Positions 45,001 to 59,240 of a DNA stretch of 64,000 nt are shown in pieces. How positions within the stretch are numbered: position 1 is the stretch's first letter; the number at the start of each line of letters is the position of its first letter. Origin of the DNA: Paragordius varius (lineage: Eukaryota; Animalia; Nematomorpha); contig OZ176053.1 in NCBI GenBank assembly GCA_964247055.1, positions 3,844,001-3,908,000 on the forward strand, read 5' to 3'. Position numbers and translations under genes: made by a program. The notes beneath the pieces were generated by a model. It did not search any database. It was not told where the DNA came from and saw only the letters and a program-made list of their open reading frames with translations.

Positions 45001-45999
45001 TTGTATGGATAATTACAACAATCAACCAAACCTCTTTAAAAATCAAATTATATTAACCATGATTGTATGGATAATTACAACAATCAACTATACCTCTTTA
45101 AACATCAAATTATATCAACCATGATTGTATGGGTAATTACAACAATCAACCAAACCTCTTTAAAAATCAAATTATATTAACCACGATTGTATGGATAATT
45201 ACAACAATCAACTATACCTCTTTAAAAATCAAATTATATTAACCATGATTGTATGGATAATTATAACAATCAACTATACCTCTTTAAAAATCAAATTATA
45301 TTAACCATGATTGTATGGATAATTACAACAATCAACTATACCTCTTTAAAAATCAAATTATATTAACCATGATTGTATGGATAATTACAACAATCAACTA
45401 TACCTCATTAAATATCAAATTATATTAACCATTGTATGGGTAATTATAACAATCAACCAAACCTCATTAAAAATCAAATTATAAGCATGATTGTATGGAT
45501 AATTACAACAATCAACCAAACCTCTTTAAAAATCAAATTATATTAACCATGATTGTATGGATAATTAGAACAATCAACTATACCTCTTTAAAAATCAAAT
45601 TATATCAACCATGATTGTATGGGTAATTACAACAATCAACCAAACCTCTTTAAAAATCAAATTATATTAACCACGATTGTATGGATAATTACAACAATCA
45701 ACCAAACCTCTTTAAAAATCAAATTATATTAACCATGATTGTATGGGTAATTATAACAATCAACCAAACCTCTTTAAAAATCAAATTATATTAACCATGA
45801 TTGTATGGGTAATTACAACAATCAACTATACCTCTTTAAAAATCAAATTATATTAACCACGATTGTATGGATAATTACAACAATCAACCAAACCTCTTTA
45901 AAAATCAAATTATATTAACCATGATTGTATGGGTAATTATAACAATCAACCAAACCTCTTTAAAAATCAAATTATATTAACCACGATTGTATGGATAAT

Positions 46000-48900
46000 T
46001 ACAACAATCAACTATACCTCTTTAAAAATCAAATTATATTAACCACGATTGTATGGGTAATTATAACAATCAACCAAACCTCATTAAAAATCAAATTATA
46101 AGCATGATTGTATGGATAATTACAACAATCAACCAAACCTCTTTAAAAATCAAATTATATTAACCATGATTGTATGGATAATTAGAACAATCAACTATAC
46201 CTCTTTAAAAATCAAATTATATTAACCATGATTGTATGGATAATTATAACAATCAACTATACCTCTTTAAAAATCAAATTATATTAACCATGATTGTATG
46301 GATAATTACAACAATCAACTATACCTCTTTAAAAATCAAATTATATTAACCACGATCGTATGGATAATTACAACAATTAACCAAACCTCTTTAAAAATCA
46401 AATTATATTAACCATGATTATATGGGTAATTATAACAATCAACCAAACCTCTTTAAAAACAAATTATATTAACCATGATTGTATGGGTAATTATAACAAT
46501 CAACCAAACCTCTTTAAAAATCAAATTATATTAACCACGATTGTATGGATAATTACAACAATCAACTATACCTCTTTAAAAATCAAATTATATTAACCAC
46601 GATTGTATGGATAATTACAACAATCAACTATACCTCTTTAAAAATCAAATTATATTAACCATGATTGTATGGGTAATTTTAACAATCAACCAAACCTCTT
46701 TAAAAATCAAATTATATTAAGCATGATTGTATGGATAATTACAACAATCAACCAAACCTCTTTAAAAATCAAATTATATTAACCACGATTGTATGGATAA
46801 TTACAACAATCAACTATACCTCTTTAAAAATCAAATTATATTAACCACGATTGTATGGATAATTACAACAATCAACCATACCTCTTTAAAAATCAAATTA
46901 TATTAACCATGATTGTATGGGTAATTTTAACAATCAACCAAACCTCTTTAAAAATCAAATTATATTAAGCATGATTGAATGGATAATTACAACAATCAAC
47001 CAAACCTCTTTAAAAATCAAATTATATTAACCATGATTGTATGGGTAATTATAACAATCAAACAAACCTCTTTAAAAATCAAATTATAAGCATGATTGTA
47101 TGGATAATTACAACAATCAACTATACCTCTTTAAAAATCAAATTATATTAACCATGATTGTATGGATAATTACAACAATCAACTATACCTCTTTAAAAAT
47201 CAAATTATATTAACCATGATTGTATGGATAATTACAACAATCAACCAAACCTCTTTAAAAATCAAATTATATTAACCACGAAGGTATGGATAATTACAAC
47301 AATCAACTATACCTCTTTAAAAATCAAATTATATTAACCATGATTGTATGGATAATTACAACAATCAACCAAACCTCTTTTATAATCAAATTATATTAAC
47401 CATGATTGTATGGGTAATTATAACAATCAACCAAACCTCTTTAAAAATCAAATTATAAGCATGATTGTATGGATAATTACAACAATCAACCAAACCTCTT
47501 TAAAAATCAAATTATATTAACCATGATTGTATGGATAATTACAACAATCAACCAAACCTCTTTAAAAATCAAATTATATTAACCATGATTGTATGGATAA
47601 TTAGAACAATCAACTATACCTCTTTAAAAATCAAATTATATTAACCATGATTGTATGGATAATTATAACAATCAACTATACCTCTTTAAAAATCAAATTA
47701 TATTAACCACGATCGTATGGATAATTACAACAATTAACCAAACCTCTTTAAAAATCAAATTATATTAACCATGATTATATGGGTAATTATAACAATCAAC
47801 CAAACCTCTTTAAAAACAAATTATATTAACCATGATTGTATGGGTAATTATAACAATCAACCAAACCTCTTTAAAAATCAAATTATATTAACCACGATTG
47901 TATGGATAATTACAACAATCAATACCTCTTTAAATATCAAATTATATTAACCACGATTGTATGGATAATTACAACAATCAACTATACCTCTTTAAAAATC
48001 AAATTATATTAACCATGATTGTATGGGTAATTTTAACAATCAACCAAACCTCTTTAAAAATCAAATTATATTAAGCATGATTGTATGGATAATTACAACA
48101 ATCAACCAAACCTCTTTAAAAATTAAATTATATTAACCACGATTGTATGGATAATTACAACAATCAACTATACCTCTTTAAAAATCAAATTATATTAACC
48201 ACGATTGTATGGATAATTACAACAATCAACTATACCTCTTTAAAAATCAAATTATATTAACCATGATTGTAAGGGTAATTTTAACAATCAACCAAACCTC
48301 TTTAAAAATCAAATTATATTAAGCATGATTGAATGGATAATTACAACAATCAACCAAACCTCTTTAAAAATCAAATTATATTAACCATGATTGTATGGGT
48401 AATTATAACAATCAAACAAACCTCTTTAAAAATCAAATTATAAGCATGATTGTATGGATAATTACAACAATCAACTATACCTCTTTAAAAATCAAATTAT
48501 ATTAACCATGATTGTATGGATAATTACAACAATCAACTATACCTCTTTAAAAATCAAATTATATTAACCATGATTGTATGGATAATTACAACAATCAACC
48601 AAACCTCTTTAAAAATCAAATTATATTAACCACGAAGGTATGGATAATTACAACAATCAACTATACCTCTTTAAAAATCAAATTATATTAACCATGATTG
48701 TATGGATAATTACAACAATCAACCAAACCTCTTTTATAATCAAATTATATTAACCATGATTGTATGGGTAATTATAACAATCAACCAAACCTCTTTAAAA
48801 ATCAAATTATATTAACCATGATTGTATGGATAATTACAACAATCAACTATACCTCTTTAAAAATCAAATTATATCAACCATGATTGTATGGGTAATTACA

Positions 48901-50400
48901 ACAATCAACCAAACATCTTTAAAAATCAAATTATATTAACCATGATTGTATGGATAATTACAACAATCAACCAAACCTCTTTTATAATCAAATTATATTA
49001 ACCATGATTGTATGGGTAATTATAACAATCAACCAAACCTCTTTAAAAATCAAATTATAAGCATGATTGTATGGATAATTACAACAATCAACCAAACCTC
49101 TTTAAAAATCAAATTATATTAACCATGATTGTATGGATAATTACAACAATCAACCAAACCTCTTTAAAAATCAAATTATATTAACCATGATTGTATGGAT
49201 AATTAGAACAATCAACTATACCTCTTTAAAAATCAAATTATATTAACCATGATTGTATGGATAATTATAACAATCAACTATACCTCTTTAAAAATCAAAT
49301 TATATTAACCACGATCGTATGGATAATTACAACAATTAACCAAACCTCTTTAAAAATCAAATTATATTAACCATGATTATATGGGTAATTATAACAATCA
49401 ACCAAACCTCTTTAAAAACAAATTATATTAACCATGATTGTATGGGTAATTATAACAATCAACCAAACCTCTTTAAAAATCAAATTATATTAACCACGAT
49501 TGTATGGATAATTACAACAATCAATACCTCTTTAAATATCAAATTATATTAACCACGATTGTATGGATAATTACAACAATCAACTATACCTCTTTAAAAA
49601 TCAAATTATATTAACCATGATTGTATGGGTAATTTTAACAATCAACCAAACCTCTTTAAAAATCAAATTATATTAAGCATGATTGTATGGATAATTACAA
49701 CAATCAACCAAACCTCTTTAAAAATTAAATTATATTAACCACGATTGTATGGATAATTACAACAATCAACTATACCTCTTTAAAAATCAAATTATATTAA
49801 CCACGATTGTATGGATAATTACAACAATCAACTATACCTCTTTAAAAATCAAATTATATTAACCATGATTGTAAGGGTAATTTTAACAATCAACCAAACC
49901 TCTTTAAAAATCAAATTATATTAAGCATGATTGAATGGATAATTACAACAATCAACCAAACCTCTTTAAAAATCAAATTATATTAACCATGATTGTATGG
50001 GTAATTATAACAATCAAACAAACCTCTTTAAAAATCAAATTATAAGCATGATTGTATGGATAATTACAACAATCAACTATACCTCTTTAAAAATCAAATT
50101 ATATTAACCATGATTGTATGGATAATTACAACAATCAACTATACCTCTTTAAAAATCAAATTATATTAACCATGATTGTATGGATAATTACAACAATCAA
50201 CCAAACCTCTTTAAAAATCAAATTATATTAACCACGAAGGTATGGATAATTACAACAATCAACTATACCTCTTTAAAAATCAAATTATATTAACCATGAT
50301 TGTATGGATAATTACAACAATCAACCAAACCTCTTTTATAATCAAATTATATTAACCATGATTGTATGGGTAATTATAACAATCAACCAAACCTCTTTAA
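46000..50400 (+). repeat. Three tandem copies of a 22-mer/26-mer higher-order unit (1354-1357 bp, then 1602 bp)
   Basis: CACGATCG at 46351, 47708, 49310. TTGAATGG (GAAT) at 46977, 48331, 49933. CACGAAGG at 47277, 48631, 50233. Confidence 0.9.
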
Positions 50401-53400
50401 AAATCAAATTATATTAACCATGATTGTATGGATAATTACAACAATCAACTATACCTCTTTAAAAATCAAATTATATCAACCATGATTGTATGGGTAATTA
50501 CAACAATCAACCAAACATCTTTAAAAATCAAATTATATTAACCACGATTGTATGGATAATTACAACAATCAACTATACCTCTTTAAAAATCAAATTATAA
50601 GCATGATTGTATGGATAATTACAACAATCAACTATACCTCTTTAAAAATCAAATTATATTAACCATGATTGTATGGATAATTACAACAATCAACTATACC
50701 TCTTTAAAAATCAAATTATATTAACCACGAAGGTATGGATAATTACAACAATCAACTATACCTCTTTAAAAATCAAATTATATTAACCACGATTGTATGG
50801 ATAATTACAACAATCAACCAAACCTCTTTTATAATCAAATTATATTAACCATGATTGTATGGGTAATTATAACAATCAACCAAACCTCTTTAAAAATCAA
50901 ATTATAAGCATGATTGTATGGATAATTACAACAATCAACCAAACCTCTTTAAAAATCAAATTATATTAACCATGATTGTATGGATAATTACAACAATCAA
51001 CTATACCTCTTTAAAAATCAAATTATATTAACCACGAAGGTATGGATAATTACAACAATCAACTATACCTCTTTAAAAATCAAATTATATTAACCACGAT
51101 TGTATGGATAATTACAACAATCAACCAAACCTCTTTAAAAATCAAATTATATTAACCACGATTGTATGGATAGTTACAACAATCAACCAAACCTCTTTAA
51201 AAATCAAATTATAAGCATGATTGTATGGATAATTACAACAATCAACCAAACCTCTTTAAAAATCAAATTATATTAACCATGATTGTATGGATAATTACAA
51301 CAATCAACTATACCTCTTTAAAAATCAAATTATATCAACCATGATTGTATGGGTAATTACAACAATTAACCAAACATCTTTAAAAATCAAATTATATTAA
51401 CCACGATTGTATGGATAATTACAACAATCAACTATACCTCTTTAAAAATCAAATTATATTAACCATGATTGTATGGGTAATTACAACAATCAACCAAACC
51501 TCATTAAAAATCAAATTATAAGCATGATTGTATGGATAATTACAACAATCAACCAAACTTCTTTAAAAATCAAATTATATTAACCATGATTGTATGAATA
51601 ATTAGAACAATCAACTATACCTCTTTAAAAATCAAATTATATTAACCATGATTGTATGGATAATTACAACAATCAACCAAACCTCTTTAAAAATCAAATT
51701 ATATTAACCACGAAGGTATGGATAATTACAACAATCAACTATACCTCTTTAAAAATCAAATTATATTAACCACGAAGGTATGGATAATTACAACAATCAA
51801 CTATACCTCTTTAAAAATCAAATTATATTAACCATGATTGTATGGATAATTACAACAATCAACCAAACCTCTTTTATAATCAAATTATATTAACCATGAT
51901 TGTATGGGTAATTATAACAATCAACCAAACCTCTTTAAAAATCAAATTATAAGCATAATTGTATGGATAATTACAACAATCAACCAAACCTCTTTAAAAA
52001 TCAAATTATATTAACCATGATTGTATGGATAATTACAACAATCAACTATACCTCTTTAAAAATCAAATTATATCAACCACGATTGTATGGATAATTACAA
52101 CAATCAACTATACCTCTTTAAAAATCAAATTATATTAACCATGATTGTATGGGTAATTATAACAATCAACCAAACCTCTTTAAAAATCAAATTATATTAA
52201 CCATGATTGTATGGGTAATTACAATAATCAACCAAACCTCTTTAAAAATCAAATTATATTAACCACGATTGTATGGGTAATTATAACAATCAACCAAACC
52301 TCTTTAAAAATCAAATTATATTAACCATGATTGTATGGGTAATTATAACAATCATAACCTCTTTAAAAATCAAATTATATTAACCACGATTGTATGGATA
52401 ATTACAACAATCAATTATACCTCTTTAAAAATCAAATTATATTAACCATGATTGTATGGGTAATTATAACAATCAACCAAACCTCTTTAAAAATTAAATT
52501 ATATTAACCATGATTGTATGGGTAATTACAACAATCAACCAAACCTCTTTAAAAATCAAATTATATTAACCACGATTGTATGGATAATAACAACAATCAA
52601 CTATACCTCTTTAAAAATCAAATTATATTAACCATGAATGTATGGGTAATTACAACAATCAACTATACCTCTTTAAAAATCAAATTATATTAACCACGAT
52701 TGTATGGATAAACACAACAATCAACTATACCTCTTTAAAAATCAAATTATATTAACCATGATTGTATGGGTAATTACAACAATCAACCAAACCTCTTTAA
52801 AAATCAAATTATATTAACCATGATTGTATGGATAATTACAACAATCAACTATACCTCTTTAAAAATCAAATTATATTAACCATGATTGTATGGGCAATTA
52901 CAACAATAACCCAAACCTCTTTAAAAATCAAATTATATTAACCATGATTGTATGGATAATTACAACAATCAACTATACCTCATTAAAAATCAAATTATAT
53001 TAACCATGATTGTAGGGTAATTATAACAATCAACCAAACCTCTTTAAAAATCAAATTATAAGCATGATTGTATGGATAATAACAACAATCAACCAAACCT
53101 CTTTTATAATCAAATTATATTAACCATGATTGTATGGATAATTACAACAATCAACTATACCTCTTTAAAAATCAAATTATATCAACCATGATTGTATGGG
53201 TAATTATAACAATCAACCAAACCTCTTTAAAAATCAAATTATATTAAGCATGATTGTATGGATAATTACAACAATCAACCAAACCTCTTTAAAAATCAAA
53301 TTATATTAACCATGATTGTATGGGTAATTATAACAATCAACCAAACCTCTTTAAAAATCAAATTATAAGCATGATTGTATGGATAATTACAACAATCAAC

Positions 53401-53699
53401 TATACCTCTTTAAAAATCAAATTATATCAACCATGATTGTATGGGTAATTATAACAATCAACCAAACCTCTTTAAAAATCAAATTATATTAACCATGATT
53501 GTATGGGTAATTATAACAATCAACCAAACCTCTTTAAAAATCAAATTATATTAACCACGATTGTATGGATAATTACAACAATCAACTATACCTCTTTAAA
53601 AATCAAATTATATTAACCATGATTGTATGGGTAATTATAACAATCAACCAAACCTCTTTAAAAATCAAATTATATTAACCATGATTGTATGGGTAATTA

Positions 53700-56600
53700 C
53701 AACAATCAACCAAACCTCTTTAAAAATCAAATTATATTAACATCGAAGGTATGGATAATTACAACAATCAACTATACCTCTTCAAAAATCAAATTATATT
53801 AACCATGATTGTTTGGATAATTACAACAATCAACTATACCTCTTTAAAAATCAAATTATATTAACCACGATTGTATGGAACACAACAATCAACTATACCT
53901 CTTTAAAAATCAAATTATAATAACCATGATTGTATGGGTAATTACAACAATCAACCAAACCTCTTTAAAAATCAAATTATATTAACCATGATTGTATGGA
54001 TAATTACAACAATCAACTATACCTCTTTAAAAATCAAATTATATTAACCATGATTGTATGGATAATTACAACAATCATAACCTCTTTAAAAATCAAATTA
54101 TATAACCATGATTGTATGGGTAATTATAACAATCAACCAAACCTCTTTAAAAATCAAATTATATTAACCATGATTGTATGGGTAATTACAACAATCAACC
54201 AAACCTCTTTAAAAATCAAATTATATTAATCACGATTGTATGGATAATAACAACAATCAACTATACCTCTTTAAAAATCAAATTATATTAACCATGATTG
54301 TATGGGTAATCTCAACAATCAACCAAACCTCTTTAAAAATCAAATTATATTAAATGATTGTATGGGTAATTACAACAATCAACCAAACCTCTTTAAAAAT
54401 CAAATTATATTAACCATGATTGTATGGGTAATTTTAACAATCAACCAAACCTCTTTAAAAATCAAATTATATTAACCACGATTGTATGGATAATTACAAC
54501 AATCAACTATACCTCTTTAAAAATCAAATTATATTAACCATGATTGTATGGGTAATTATAACAATCAACCAAACCTCTTTAAAAATCAAATTATATTAAA
54601 CACGATTGTATGGATAATTACAACAATCAACTATACCTCTTTAAAAATCAAATTATATCAACCATGATTGTATGGGTAATTACAACAATCAACCAAACCT
54701 CTTTAAAAATCAAATTATATTAACCACGATTGTATGGATAATTACAACAATCAACTATACCTCTTTAAAAATCAAATTATATTAACCATGATTGTATGGA
54801 TAATTACAACAATCAACTATACCTCTTTAAAAATCAAATTATATCAACCATGATTGTATGGGTAATTACAACAATCAACCAAACCTCTTTAAAAATAAAA
54901 TTTAACCACGATTGTATGGATAATTACAACAATCAACTATACCTCTTTAAAAATCAAATTATATTAACCATGATTGTATGGATAATTACAACAATCAACT
55001 ATACCTCTTTAAAAATCAAATTATATTAACCATGATTGTATGGATAATTACAACAATCAACTATACCTCTTTAAAAATCAAATTATATTAACCATGATTG
55101 TATGGGTAATTATAACAATCCACCAAACCTCTTTAAAAATCAAATTATAAGCATAATTGTATGGATAATTACAACAATCAACTATACCTCTTTAAAAATC
55201 AAATTATATTAACCATGATTGTATGGATAATTACAACAATCAACTATACCTCTTTAAAAATCAAATTATATCAACCATGATTGTATGGGTAAGTACAACA
55301 ATCAACCAAACCTCTTTAAAAATCAAATTATATTAACCACGATTGTATGGATAATTACAACAATCAACTATACATCTTTAAAAATCAAATTATATTAACC
55401 ATGATTGTATGGATAATTACAACAATCAACTATACCTCTTTAAAAATCAAATTATATTAACCATGATTGTATGGATAAATACAACAATACACTATGCCCC
55501 TTTAAAAATCAAATTATATTAACCACGATTGTATGGATAATTACAACAATCAACCAAACCTCTTACACAATCAAATTATATAAACCATGATTGTATGGAT
55601 AATTACAACAATCAACCACACATCTTTAACAAACAAATTATATTAAGCCATGATTGTATGGATAATTACAACAATCAACCAAACATATATAACAAACAAA
55701 TTATAGTAACCATGATTGTATGGATAATTACAACAATCAACCACACATCTTTAACAAACAAATTATATTAAGCCATGATTGTATGGATAATTACAACAAT
55801 CAACCAAACATCTATAACAAACAAATTATAATAACCATGATTGTAAGGGTAATTACAACAATCAATCATACATATTTAACAACCAAATTATATTAACCAT
55901 GAATGTATGGGTAATTACAACAATCAACCATACCTCTTTAACAATCAAATTATATTAAGCCATGATTGTATGGGTAATTACAACAATCAACCATACATAT
56001 TTAACAATCAAATTATACTGAGCCATGATTGTATGGGTAATTACAACAATCAACCATATATCACTCAAATTATATTAACCATGAATGTATGGGTAATTAC
56101 AACAATCAACCATACCTCTTTAACAATAAAATTATATTATCCAAGAATCCATGAATATTTGCAACAATCAACCATACGTCTTTAACAATCAAATTATATT
56201 AACCATGAATGTATGGATAATTACAACAATCAACCATACCTCTTTAATAATCAAATTATATTAACCATGACTGTATGGATAATTATAACAATCAACCATA
56301 CGTATTTAACAAACAAATTATATTAAGCATGATTGTATGGGTAATTACAACAATCAACCAAACATCTATAACAAACAAATTATATTAAGCATGATTGTAT
56401 GGATAATTACAACAATTAACAATACCTCTTTAAAAATAAAATTATATTATCCAAGAATCCATGAATATTTGCAACAATTAACAATACCTCTTACACAATC
56501 AAATTATATTAACCACGATTGTATGGATAATTACAACAATCAATCATACATATTTAACAACCAAATTATATCAAGCATGATTGTATGGGTAATTACAACA

Positions 56601-59240
56601 ATCAACCAAACCTCTTTAAAAATCAAATTATATTAACCACGAAGGTATGGATAATTACAACAATCAACTATACCTCTTCAAAAATCAAATTATATTAACC
56701 ATGATTGTTTGGATAATTACAACAATCAACTATACCTCTTTAAAAATCAAATTATATTAACCACGATTGTATGGATAAACACAACAATCAACTATACCTC
56801 TTTAAAAATCAAATTATAATAACCATGATTGTATGGGTAATTACAACAATCAACCAAACCTCTTTAAAAATCAAATTATATTAACCATGATTGTATGGAT
56901 AATTACAACAATCAACTATACCTCTTTAAAAATCAAATTATATTAACCGTATGGATAATTACAACAATCATAACCTCTTTAAAAATCAAATTATATTAAA
57001 CACGATTGTATGGATAATTACAACAATCAACTATACCTCTTTAAAAATCAAATTATATAACCATGATTGTATGGGTAATTATAACAATCAACCAAACCTC
57101 TTTAAAAATCAAATTATATTAACCATGATTGTATGGGTAATTACAACAATCAACCAAACCTCTTTAAAAATCAAATTATATTAACCACGATTGTATGGAT
57201 AATAACAACAATCAACTATACCTCTTTAAAAATCAAATTATATTAACCATGATTGTATGGGTAATTACAACAATCAACCAAACCTCTTAAAAAATCAAAT
57301 TATATCAACCATGATTGTATGGATAATTACAACAATCAACTATACCTCTTTAAAAATCAAATTATATTAACCATGATTGTATGGGTAATTACAACAATCA
57401 ACCAAACCTCTTTAAAAATCAAATTATATTAACCACGATTGTATGGATAATTACAACAATCAACTATACCTCTTTAAAAATCAAATTATATTAACCATGA
57501 TTGTATGGATAATTACAACAATCAACTATACCTCTTTAAAAATCAAATTATATCAACCATGATTGTATGGGTAATTACAACAATCAACCAAACCTCTTTA
57601 AAAATCAAATTATATTAACCACGATTGTATGGATAATTACAACAATCAACTATACCTCTTTAAAAATCAAATTATATTAACCATGATTGTATGGATAATT
57701 ACAACAATCAACTATACCTCTTTAAAAATCAAATTATATTAACCATGATTGTATGGATAATTACAACAATCAACTATACCTCTTTAAAAATCAAATTATA
57801 TTAACCATGATTGTATGGGTAATTATAACAATCAACCAAACCTCTTTAAAAATCAAATTATAAGCATAATTGTATGGATAATTACAACAATCAACTATAC
57901 CTCTTTAAAAATCAAATTATATTAACCATGATTGTATGGATAATTACAACAATCAACTATACCTCTTTAAAAATCAAATTATATCAACCATGATTGTATG
58001 GGTAAGTACAACAATCAACCAAACCTCTTTAAAAATCAAATTATATTAACCACGATTGTATGGATAATTACAACAATCAACTATACATCTTTAAAAATCA
58101 AATTATATTAACCATGATTGTATGGATAAATACAACAATACACTATGCCCCTTTAAAAATCAAATTATATTAACCACGATTGTATGGATAATTACAACAA
58201 TCAACCAAACCTCTTACACAATCAAATTATATAAACCATGATTGTATGGATAATTACAACAATCAACCACACATCTTTAACAAACAAATTATATTAAGCC
58301 ATGATTGTATGGATAATTACAACAATCAACCAAACATATATAACAAACAAATTATAGTAACCATGATTGTATGGATAATTACAACAATCAACCACACATC
58401 TTTAACAAACAAATTATATTAAGCCATGATTGTATGGATAATTACAACAATCAACCAAACATCTATAACAAACAAATTATAATAACCATGATTGTAAGGG
58501 TAATTACAACAATCAATCATACATATTTAACAACCAAATTATATTAACCATGAATGTATGGGTAATTACAACAATCAACCATACCTCTTTAACAATCAAA
58601 TTATATTAAGCCATGATTGTATGGGTAATTACAACAATCAACCATACATATTTAACAATCAAATTATACTGAGCCATGATTGTATGGGTAATTACAACAA
58701 TCAACCATATATCACTCAAATTATATTAACCATGAATGTATGGGTAATTACAACAATCAACCATACCTCTTTAACAATAAAATTATATTATCCAAGAATC
58801 CATGAATATTTGCAACAATCAACCATACGTCTTTAACAATCAAATTATATTAACCATGAATGTATGGATAATTACAACAATCAACCATACCTCTTTAATA
58901 ATCAAATTATATTAACCATGACTGTATGGATAATTACAACAATCAACCATACGTATTTAACAAACAAATTATATTAAGCATGATTGTATGGGTAATTACA
59001 ACAATCAACCAAACATCTATAACAAACAAATTATATTAAGCATGATTGTATGGATAATTACAACAATTAACAATACCTCTTTAAAAATAAAATTATATTA
59101 TCCAAGAATCCATGAATATTTGCAACAATTAACAATACCTCTTACACAATCAAATTATATTAACCACGATTGTATGGATAATTACAACAATCAATCATAC
59201 ATATTTAACAACCAAATTATATCAAGCATGATTGTATGGA
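53700..59240 (+). repeat. Tandem duplication (about 2.9 kb and 2.65 kb copies) spanning the D/E junction
   Basis: GAAGGT 53745/56641 (offset 2896), AAGTAC 55291/58004 (2713), CACTATGCCC 55490/58141 (2651). ORF pairs 55907/58558 and 56337/58988 are also offset 2651. The match ends at 56588/59239. Confidence 0.92.

Larger units (their letters stand above)
33801..55560 (+). repeat. Satellite domain D: TTTAAAAATC monomers with GGATAATT, CTATACC/CCAAACC, CCACGA and 59-bp ATAAGCATG variants
   Basis: Abrupt switch to AAAAATC at 33843. A typical monomer is CCATGATTGTATGGATAATTACAACAATCAACTATACCTCTTTAAAAATCAAATTATATTAA (62 bp), with five identical copies at about 38430-38720. Confidence 0.92.
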
